From positions 340,325 to 372,324 of the forward strand of contig NC_003902.1 of NCBI RefSeq assembly GCF_000007145.1: a stretch of DNA of 32,000 bases. Direction: 5' to 3'. Positions 16,997-24,319 of the stretch are shown here, in pieces. The notes beneath the pieces are model-generated. The model had not been told where the DNA came from. It saw only the letters and a program-made list of their open reading frames with translations, and ran no database searches. Position 1 is the stretch's first letter. Each line of letters begins with the position of its first letter. Source of the DNA: Xanthomonas campestris pv. campestris str. ATCC 33913. GTDB taxonomy: Bacteria > Pseudomonadota > Gammaproteobacteria > Xanthomonadales > Xanthomonadaceae. The position numbers were made by a program, and so were the translations under genes.

Positions 16997-18456
16997 CAGC
17001 GTGTCTCCGCCGGTGCGCTGAACGCGAGCAGCCCATCGCGTTCGAGTTGCGCGGCCAGAGCGAACAGGCGGTCTTCGCGGCCTGGCGCGGCAATCAGCTG
17101 CACGCCCAGCGGCAAGCGACCCGGGCGCGGTAGCGGCGCGGCCAGCACCGGGCAGGCGGCCAGCCCAAGCGGCTGGGTGAAGATGCCCAGGTTGGCGCGC
17201 GCCGAGACCGGCAGGCCATCGATGATGATGCTCTCTTGGTCGATGCGCGGCGCCACGCCAGGTGTGGCCGGCGCGATCAACACATCCACGCGGTCCCACA
17301 GCGTGCGCATGGCCCGCGCGAACCAGTGCGCGAACTGCTGTGCATCGGCCACCGCGCTGGCCGGCAATTGCAAGCCGGCCAACAGGCGGTCGCGGGTGGC
17401 TGGGTCGAATTGGGCGGCCTGTGTGCTGAGGGCGTTGCGATGGCGGTGCCCGCCCTCGGCGGCGGTGAGCACGAACGCGGCGGCGCGCGCGCGTTCGGCG
17501 TCCGGTAACTCCATGATGGTGGTGCTGCCGATCGCAGTGAGCAGCGTGCCGAGGCCGGCCTCCAGCTCGGGATCGAGGTTGCGTTGGAACCAGCCGCCCA
17601 ATTGCGCGATGCGCAGCGTCTCCACGCTGCAAGCGGGTACCGGGTGCCCGTGCATCACTTCGTAGACGCGGCGCAGGTCGGCAACCGAGGTCGCGAACGG
17701 GCCCACCACATCCAGCGCATCCACGAACGGGAACACGCCCTGCAACGGCAGCGTGCCGTGGGTCGGTCGCAACCCGTACACGCCGCACAGGGCAGCCGGC
17801 ACGCGGATCGAGCCATTGGTGTCCGAGCCCAGTGCAAACGGCACCCATCCAGCCGCCACTGCGGCGGCCGAGCCACCGGACGAGCCGCCGGCCAGATGGC
17901 GATGGTCGTGCGGATTGGCGGTGGTGCCGTAATGCGCGTTGACGGTGGCAAAGCCGTAGGCAAATTCGTCCATGTTGGCGGTGCCCACCAGCACTGCACC
18001 GGCATCGCTCAGGCGCTGCACCACGGCCGCATCGCGCGTGGCCGGCGCGCTTTGTGCGCGCAGCGCAGCACCGGCGGTGGTGACCTGCCCGGCCACATCG
18101 AACAGATCCTTGACCACGAACGGCACGCCGGCCAGCGCGCCGCCATCGCTGCCGCCGGCCAGCGCGGCCTGCACGCGCGCGGCATCGGCCGCGGCGCGCG
18201 CCGGCAACAAGCGGGTGATGGCATGCAGGCCATCGTTGGCCTGATTGATGCGGCCCAGTGTCTGGGTGGCCAGGCGCGCCGCCTGTGCGGGCTGGCTGCG
18301 CGTGCTGCCGACGATGGAGGCGATCTGCCCGCGCGAAGTGCTTGTGTCCGGTGATGCGGGGCGCGGTGCGTTGAAGCTGGCGAGCAGCTGCGCGTGACCA
18401 CGCAGGACCTCGGTGTTGCGATCGATGCCGGCCTGCCACTGCGCGGGGAGTTGCAT
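16996..18456 (-). CDS. hpxY: amidase-signature enzyme, AtzE/HpxY-like, with an AtzG/HpxX-like N-terminal extension
   Basis: 486 aa. Amidase signature: VPFVVKDLF, GGSSGGSAAAVAAG, GSDTNGSIRVPAALCG. Residues 1-30 (MQLPAQWQAGIDRNTEVLRGHAQLLASF) resemble the C-terminal half of DUF4089/AtzG-like small subunits. They are joined by a Pro/Ser/Thr linker. Confidence 0.8.
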   Translation of the reverse strand: MQLPAQWQAGIDRNTEVLRGHAQLLASFNAPRPASPDTSTSRGQIASIVGSTRSQPAQAARLATQTLGRINQANDGLHAITRLLPARAAADAARVQAALAGGSDGGALAGVPFVVKDLFDVAGQVTTAGAALRAQSAPATRDAAVVQRLSDAGAVLVGTANMDEFAYGFATVNAHYGTTANPHDHRHLAGGSSGGSAAAVAAGWVPFALGSDTNGSIRVPAALCGVYGLRPTHGTLPLQGVFPFVDALDVVGPFATSVADLRRVYEVMHGHPVPACSVETLRIAQLGGWFQRNLDPELEAGLGTLLTAIGSTTIMELPDAERARAAAFVLTAAEGGHRHRNALSTQAAQFDPATRDRLLAGLQLPASAVADAQQFAHWFARAMRTLWDRVDVLIAPATPGVAPRIDQESIIIDGLPVSARANLGIFTQPLGLAACPVLAAPLPRPGRLPLGVQLIAAPGREDRLFALAAQLERDGLLAFSAPAETR

Positions 18457-18504
18457 GGGGTCACCTTGGGTTGCTGGGAGTGGTGCGGGTGCGTGGTGTC
18501 GCTC

Positions 18505-18680
18505 GAGCCCCTCTCCCGCCGGGAGAGGGGTTGGGGTGAGGGTGCCCCGCTAGTTGGAGATGTATCAGGTATGCGTTTACCTTGCTTGCCACCTACTCAA
18601 CTGGCGCGGCGTCTTTATCGGGTGACGTACCCTCATCCGCCCTTCGGGCAACTTCTCCCGATGGGAGAAGGGAGAGCGGC
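18505..18680. repeat. MITE-like inverted-repeat element (hairpin CCCCTCTCCC-GCC-GGGAGAGGGG plus GGGGTGAGGGT box at one end, ACCCTCA ... CTTCTCCC-GAT-GGGAGAAG at the other)
   Basis: The left arm (18508-18543) and the reverse complement of the right arm (18629-18670) align as imperfect terminal inverted repeats around an ~85-nt core. The same motifs recur at 26419-26690. Confidence 0.5.
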
Positions 18681-19756
18681 AGTCCGACTGCTGGTGATTG
18701 CGGTGCAGTGAGGTGATCGACCAATAGCTGCTCAAACGCCTGCACATTCACAGCATGCACCACCGTCTGTGCCTGTTCGCCCAGTCCAGGCTGATAGCCC
18801 GGCGCCCACGACAAAATGTCGCCATAGCCTGCGTCGAACGCGGTGTTGGTGTCGATGTAGAGCGTTTCGGTGTGCGTCGCCAACTCGGGGCGCAGCCACA
18901 CCGCAGTGGCCAGCTCGTCCCACATCGGAAAGCCGGTTTCGCGGCGACGCAATGCGTGGCCGATGGGGGTGTCGGCCGCGCTCATGCGCGCCAATAGCTC
19001 CGGGGTGAGTTCGGTGGCGGTGGAGGGATCCACCGGCACCATGGTGATCTTCCGCCACGGTGCGCGCATGACGATGCTGGCGGCTTCCGGGTCCCAGCGG
19101 ATGTTGAATTCGCGGCGTGGCGAATTGACGAACTCGCGCGCGAATTGGCGCGCGCTCACGCTGTCGCGCTGCTGGCGTGGATTGAGGCTGCCGCCCATGT
19201 AGACCAGTTCGCGCGCCAGCGTGGCGAAGGCCGGGTCCAGGGCCTGCGCGAGGGCCAGGTTGGTCAATGGGCCAGTGGCAATGATGCTCACCTCGCCGGG
19301 GTACTGGCGCACCATGCGCAGCATGAACAGCGCCGCCGGTTCGTCGGATGCGCGCACCACGCTGGGGTTGCCCAGTGGCAGATCGGGCACCACGTCGTGC
19401 GCGTGATAACGCGGCGCACTCTGCACGGTGTCGCCATCCACCCAGTGTTTGGTCCATGCACCTTTCCACACCAGCTTGCCGTACAGCGCTTCCCACCGTT
19501 CGGTGGCCAGCTCGCTGTTGAGCAGCGGGTGCACCGGGCCGGGATGCACCAGAATCTGCGGCTGCCCGGCCAGTTCCAGCAGGCGGCAGCTGTGTGCGAT
19601 CACCTCATCGCGCCAGATGTTGCCGCTGACCGCGCTGATGCCGAGCACCTCGACCTCCGGCGACTGCAGCAACAGCAACTGCGCGGGCGTGAAGCCGTCG
19701 ATGTCGTCTTCGAGGATGACGCGGCGTTTGGATGGGGCGGCGTGCGAGTGGGTCAT
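18593..19756 (-). CDS. nucleoside hydrolase (IU-NH fold)
   Basis: 387 aa from ATG 19754-19756. Motifs: ISAVSGN, IIATGPLTNLALA, YMGG, W(M)WDELA-type C-terminal region. The N-terminal Asp cluster is atypical (VILEDDIDG). The last ~29 codons are read from the repeat element. Confidence 0.75.
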   Translation of the reverse strand: MTHSHAAPSKRRVILEDDIDGFTPAQLLLLQSPEVEVLGISAVSGNIWRDEVIAHSCRLLELAGQPQILVHPGPVHPLLNSELATERWEALYGKLVWKGAWTKHWVDGDTVQSAPRYHAHDVVPDLPLGNPSVVRASDEPAALFMLRMVRQYPGEVSIIATGPLTNLALAQALDPAFATLARELVYMGGSLNPRQQRDSVSARQFAREFVNSPRREFNIRWDPEAASIVMRAPWRKITMVPVDPSTATELTPELLARMSAADTPIGHALRRRETGFPMWDELATAVWLRPELATHTETLYIDTNTAFDAGYGDILSWAPGYQPGLGEQAQTVVHAVNVQAFEQLLVDHLTAPQSPAVGLPLSLLPSGEVARRADEGTSPDKDAAPVE

Positions 19757-19814
19757 TGCGCTGTCGTCATGGAGGGGAAATGTATTGCAGCGGCGATGCA
19801 GCGGAAGTCGCGTT

Positions 19815-19882
19815 GTAGGAGCGCGCTTGCGCGCGATGAGGCGTTATCGGTGAAGCCTCTTCGCGCGCAAGCGCGCTCCTAT
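19815..19882. repeat. solitary GTAG-type REP hairpin
   Basis: GTAGGAGCGCGCTTGCGCGCG - loop (with inner GAGGC/GCCTC stem) - CGCGCGCAAGCGCGCTCCTAT. Lies between the adenosine deaminase stop and the nucleoside hydrolase start. Confidence 0.85.
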
Positions 19883-19885
19883 GGG

Positions 19886-21454
19886 TTATGCGTCAGCTGG
19901 TGTTGTCTGCACTTTGCGCTGCTCCATCAGCATGCGCTCGTACTGCGCCAGATCGGTTTCAAGCTGCCATTGCAGCCGTGCCTTCTCGCTGCTCTGGCGA
20001 AATGCTTGGCACCCAGCATCATCGGTTTCGCGCTGTAATGCAGTGGCGCAGGCCTGCGCAGCTTTACCGTTGGCGCTCCACAGGCTCGCGCCCGGCAGGA
20101 AGCTGTACGTCAGCCCGTTGCGGGCGAGTTGCTTGAGCGTGGGGTACTCGATGCCCTGCTCCTGCACGGCGCGTTGATATTCGTGGGTCATGTCCGCGCG
20201 CGACACGCCGGCATCGTCGGTGGAGAGCACCACCGGCACACCCGCGCGCAGATACATGGCCAACGGATGCGCGGCCCCGGTGACGCCCAGGATCACATCG
20301 TTACTGGTGAGGTTGATCTCCACCGCTACCTGGTCGCGGCGCATGCGCTGCAGCAGCTCTTGCGCGTCGTCTTCGTAAGGCAGATCCACGCCATGACCGA
20401 TGCGCCGCGCACCGGCATCCACCGCCTGGCGGATATGCGAGCGCAGCTGCGCCGGTGGCACCAGGCCCAGGGTCAGCTCGCCGGCATGCAAGGACAACGG
20501 CACGCCGGGGTAGCGCTGTGCGAAGAACCGGAACATCGCCATGTGGCGCGCGTAATCGGCCACTGCCACCGGGTTGTCCTCGGGCGCGACGATGTTCACC
20601 GCCACCGCGCGGCTGCCGCCGGCGGCCACGAGCGCATGGGCGAGCGCCATCTGCCCGAACACCTGCGGCGCAGGCAGCACACGCAACACATACGGCACAT
20701 AGCGGTACTGCACCTGGCAGGCCGCGCGTGGCTGCGCCTGGTCACACTGCAGGACGTGGCGCACCTGCGCGTCGAGGTCGGCAAGGTTGCGCTGTGCGGC
20801 CTGCACCAGCGGTGGCAGCGCGTCCTGCAGTTCGCGCAGGTTTGCGGCATCGTCGGTGCCATGCCAGGGCAGCGCCTGCATGCGCTGCGCAGCGTCGTCC
20901 ATCTGTGGTGGGTTGGCGATGATTTCCACGTACGGCACGCGGTCGCGCGCGGCCTGCTCCAGCACGGCGGCCACGGTGTCGGCCACGCGTGCGCGCACCA
21001 CCGCATCGAACTTGCCGAAGGTGCTGAAGAACTGCCCGTGCCCGGTGGGTTGGGATGGGCTGGCCAGGTGGTTGCGCATCGACAAGGCATCCACCACCCG
21101 GCCATACAGCGCGACATCGCGCGTGGACAGCCCGCGTGCGGGCACCTGGCCGGCCACGCACGGCGGTGCGCGCAGGCTCAGGTCGTCCAGCTGCACGCAG
21201 GCGCCGTCTTCGCTGGCCCACTGCAGGTAGTCCTCGGCATACACCGAGCCGGAGAGATGGTTATGCAGGTCGCCGCCTTTGGGCATGGCCTGCAACCAAC
21301 TGCGCAGTTGCGCCGATTGGCCGGCCGTATCGCGAAACAACTGCGCAACCTGCTGCTCGCGCGATTGTGCGGGCGCAGGCGTTTGGCGCGCCTGCGCAAG
21401 TGCGGGCAGCAGCGCGCACACGGTGAGGATCAGACAACGACGCAGCATGGGCAT
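19886..21454 (-). CDS. secreted/periplasmic adenosine deaminase (ADGF/ADA2-like large form)
   Basis: Signal peptide MPMLRRCLILTVCALLPALAQA. Metal and catalytic motifs GGDLHNHLSGS, SLHAGE, IGHGVD and LSTDDAGV. 522 aa; the start is ATG 21454 or 21448. Confidence 0.85.
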   Translation of the reverse strand: MPMLRRCLILTVCALLPALAQARQTPAPAQSREQQVAQLFRDTAGQSAQLRSWLQAMPKGGDLHNHLSGSVYAEDYLQWASEDGACVQLDDLSLRAPPCVAGQVPARGLSTRDVALYGRVVDALSMRNHLASPSQPTGHGQFFSTFGKFDAVVRARVADTVAAVLEQAARDRVPYVEIIANPPQMDDAAQRMQALPWHGTDDAANLRELQDALPPLVQAAQRNLADLDAQVRHVLQCDQAQPRAACQVQYRYVPYVLRVLPAPQVFGQMALAHALVAAGGSRAVAVNIVAPEDNPVAVADYARHMAMFRFFAQRYPGVPLSLHAGELTLGLVPPAQLRSHIRQAVDAGARRIGHGVDLPYEDDAQELLQRMRRDQVAVEINLTSNDVILGVTGAAHPLAMYLRAGVPVVLSTDDAGVSRADMTHEYQRAVQEQGIEYPTLKQLARNGLTYSFLPGASLWSANGKAAQACATALQRETDDAGCQAFRQSSEKARLQWQLETDLAQYERMLMEQRKVQTTPADA

Positions 21455-21577
21455 ACAGAAAAAACTCGCAAGAAGGTGTGCCGGCGCGCATGCGCGCCCA
21501 GCGGAGGGGTAGCTTGCCTTGCAGTGTGTTGCACGGCCAGCGCGCTGCGTGCCTGCAGGCAGCGCGGTGCAGGCGCG

Positions 21578-22891
21578 TCACTCCAGCGCATAGCGCAGCA
21601 CGAACAGGCCGGCGATGGCCCAGGTGGCTGGATGCACCTCACGCCAACGCCCGCTGCCTAGCCGGAGCACCGCATAGGTGATGAAGCCCAACGCCAACCC
21701 ATTGGCGATCGAATAGGTGAAGGGCATCGCCAGCATGCACATGGCGGCCGGCAACGCTTCGCCGACATCGTCCCACTGCAGATGCGCGCACTCGCGCAGC
21801 ATCACTGCCGCCAGATACAGCAACGCCGGTGCGGTGGCGTAGGCCGGCACCATGGCTGCCAGCGGCGAGAACAGCAGGGCCAGCAGGAACAGCGCGGCCA
21901 CCACCAGCGCGGTCAGCCCGGTGCGCCCACCCACCTGCACGCCAGCGGCGCTTTCCACATAGGCCGTGGTGCTGGAGGTGCCAAGCAGCGAGCCGGCCAG
22001 GATGGCGCTGCTGTCGGCGAGCAGAGCGCGGTCGAACTGGCGGCGCTGGGCTGTGGTGCGCAGCAAGCCGGCGCGCTGCGCCACCCCCATCAAGGTGCCG
22101 GTGGCATCGAACATCTCCACCAGCACGAACACCAGCACCACGTGCAGTACCGCGGTCAATGCGCCTTCGCCAGCGTGGCCCTGCAGGGCACCGGCAATAT
22201 CCAGTTTCAGCAAGGTGGGTGCCAGACTCGGCGGCAGCGCGATCACGCCCCGGTACTGCACCAGCCCGAGTGCGAGTGCCGCAGCGGTGACCGCCAGGAT
22301 GCCGAGCAGCATCGCCCCGCGCACGCGCCGCAGCTCCAGCACGCCGATCAGCAGCAACCCGGCCAACGCCAGCAAGGGCTCGGGCCGGTGCAGGTCGCCC
22401 AGGGTGATCAAGGTCTGCGGGTGGGCCACCACCAGCCCGGCTTTCTGCAGGCCGATCACCGCCAGGAACAGGCCGATACCGGCGGCGATTGCGCTGCGTA
22501 ACGTGGTGGGGATGCCGTCCACCAGCCACCGGCGCGCGCCGGTGAGGGTGAGCAGCAGGAACACGCAGCCGGACACGAACACCAGGCCCAGCGTCTGTTG
22601 CCAGCTGTAGCCCAGGGTGCCCACCACGCTGAAGGCGAAGAAGGCGTTCAAGCCCATGCCGGGCGCCATGCCGATCGGGTAATTGGCCAGCAGGCCCATC
22701 ACCGCCGAGCCGAATGCCGCGGCCAGGCAGGTGGCCACAAACACCGCGCCGTGATCCATGCCGGTAGTGGCCAGGATGTCCGGGTTGACGAACACGATGT
22801 AGGCCATCGTGAGGAAGGTGGTGGCGCCGGCCAGCAGCTCGGTGCGCACGTTGCTGCCGTTGGCGGCAAGCGCAAAGTTGGGCCAGCGCAT
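21578..22891 (-). CDS. NCS2-family (AzgA-like) adenine/guanine/hypoxanthine permease
   Basis: 437 aa from ATG 22891. RTELLAGATTFLTMAYIVFVNP, GMAPGMGLNAFF and TSSTTAYVESAAGVQVGGRTGLTA are hallmarks of the PurP/GhxP/AdeQ group. The longer ORF start at 22915 is a TTG. Confidence 0.9.
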   Translation of the reverse strand: MRWPNFALAANGSNVRTELLAGATTFLTMAYIVFVNPDILATTGMDHGAVFVATCLAAAFGSAVMGLLANYPIGMAPGMGLNAFFAFSVVGTLGYSWQQTLGLVFVSGCVFLLLTLTGARRWLVDGIPTTLRSAIAAGIGLFLAVIGLQKAGLVVAHPQTLITLGDLHRPEPLLALAGLLLIGVLELRRVRGAMLLGILAVTAAALALGLVQYRGVIALPPSLAPTLLKLDIAGALQGHAGEGALTAVLHVVLVFVLVEMFDATGTLMGVAQRAGLLRTTAQRRQFDRALLADSSAILAGSLLGTSSTTAYVESAAGVQVGGRTGLTALVVAALFLLALLFSPLAAMVPAYATAPALLYLAAVMLRECAHLQWDDVGEALPAAMCMLAMPFTYSIANGLALGFITYAVLRLGSGRWREVHPATWAIAGLFVLRYALE

Positions 22892-23342
22892 CAGGCGCGC
22901 CCCAGCGGCCGGCAAGCGGCGGCACAGCAGAACAGTGTCATCGGCAACATCTCATCGAACACAGGCACCGGCGCGTAAGCGCGGGCTGCGTATCTTGCAC
23001 TGTGCGCGGTGGCATGCCGTGGACGTGTTGCCCGAAATGCGCAGTGGCCTGTGGATGGCGTTGGTTGGCAACGCCTGATGAGAAGGTTGCAGCGCGCCGT
23101 TGCGCCACGCGTGTGCCTGGGCGGCAAGCCGAGCGTGCTGATGTCTGCATCGCACACGGCACCCGGCAACCGCAACAGCTGACTCATCCTCGCGATGGAT
23201 GGCAGAACGTGACGCAGCGGCGCCAGTGATGGCAGGGGTCGCTAGCGGGGACATGGATCACAGCGTGTTCGAGCATCGCCAACGCGCCCGCGCTTGATCG
23301 TTGCCGCGTCGGTCGCATCACGTGTCGGCCTTGCCGCGGTGC

Positions 23343-24302
23343 TCAAAGTTCCAGCACCAGCCGTGGCGTGCGGCTGCGCGAACAGCACAGGGTGATCTGC
23401 GTGTTCTGCGCGTGTTCGCTGTCGCTGAGCACGCTGTCGCGGTGATCGGGCACGCCATCGAGCACGCCGGTCAGGCAGGCCCCGCACATGCCTTGCTCGC
23501 ACGACAGCGGCACCTCCACGCCTGCGGCCATCAGCGCACTGGCGATACTGCACTCGGCCGCCACCTGCACCACGCGCCCGCTGGCGGCCAGCTCAACTTC
23601 GAAGGCGTCGTCGGCGGCGTGCGGCACGGCCGGCGCGACCGCGGCGAAGTGTTCGCGATGCAGCTGCGCCGGCGCCCAGCCCTGCGCCAGGGCCAGCGCG
23701 CTGAAGTGATCCATGAACGCGGCCGGCCCGCACAGATACAGCTGGTCGCGCGCGTGTGCCTTGCGCAGTTCGGTGGGGATGTGCACACGCGGGCTCTCGC
23801 CCCCATCGCTCAGGTGCACCTGCACCTGGCCGTGCTGGAAGCCCTGCTGCAGGCGCTGCCCGAAGGCCACATCCGCCTGCCGGCGTGCGTAGTAGTGCAG
23901 CACGAAGGCCTCGCCGCGCGCTTCCAGCGCCTCGACCATCGACAGCAGCGGAGTGATGCCGATCCCGGCCGCCAGCAGCACATGGCGTTCGCCCGGGTGT
24001 AACGGGAACAGGTTGCGCGGCGTGGAGATCTGCAGCCGGTCGCCGGCCGCGAGTTGTTCGCACAGATGCCGCGAGCCGCCGCGCGAGGCGTCGGCCAGCT
24101 TCACGCACAACAGGTAATGGTCGCGCGCATGCGGCGCGCTGGCGATGGAGTACTGGCGGATCAAACCATCGGGCAGGTGCAGGTCCACATGCGCGCCGGC
24201 TTCAAAGGCCGGCAACTCCGCGCCGATCGGCTCCAACCGGATCGCCCGCTGGCGATGTCCCTGGTCGACGACTTCCGCCACACGCACCTCATGCAGGCTC
24301 AT
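23343..24302 (-). CDS. hpxE: PDR/VanB-type oxidoreductase (flavin + NAD + C-terminal plant-type 2Fe-2S), HpxE-like
   Basis: RQYSIAS flavin motif, LLAAGIGITPLLSM NAD motif and C-terminal CEQGMCGACLT...CC ferredoxin cysteines. ATG 24302 has GAGGAT 8 nt upstream. The alternative TTG 24323 overlaps the upstream stop. Confidence 0.8.
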   Translation of the reverse strand: MSLHEVRVAEVVDQGHRQRAIRLEPIGAELPAFEAGAHVDLHLPDGLIRQYSIASAPHARDHYLLCVKLADASRGGSRHLCEQLAAGDRLQISTPRNLFPLHPGERHVLLAAGIGITPLLSMVEALEARGEAFVLHYYARRQADVAFGQRLQQGFQHGQVQVHLSDGGESPRVHIPTELRKAHARDQLYLCGPAAFMDHFSALALAQGWAPAQLHREHFAAVAPAVPHAADDAFEVELAASGRVVQVAAECSIASALMAAGVEVPLSCEQGMCGACLTGVLDGVPDHRDSVLSDSEHAQNTQITLCCSRSRTPRLVLEL

Positions 24303-24319
24303 GCCGTCATCCTCGCCGG

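Noticed and set aside
22892-23342. Purine riboswitch in the permease leader
   Set aside because: I could not find the conserved purine-riboswitch junction/loop motifs on either strand. I retain the region only as an unexplained long leader.
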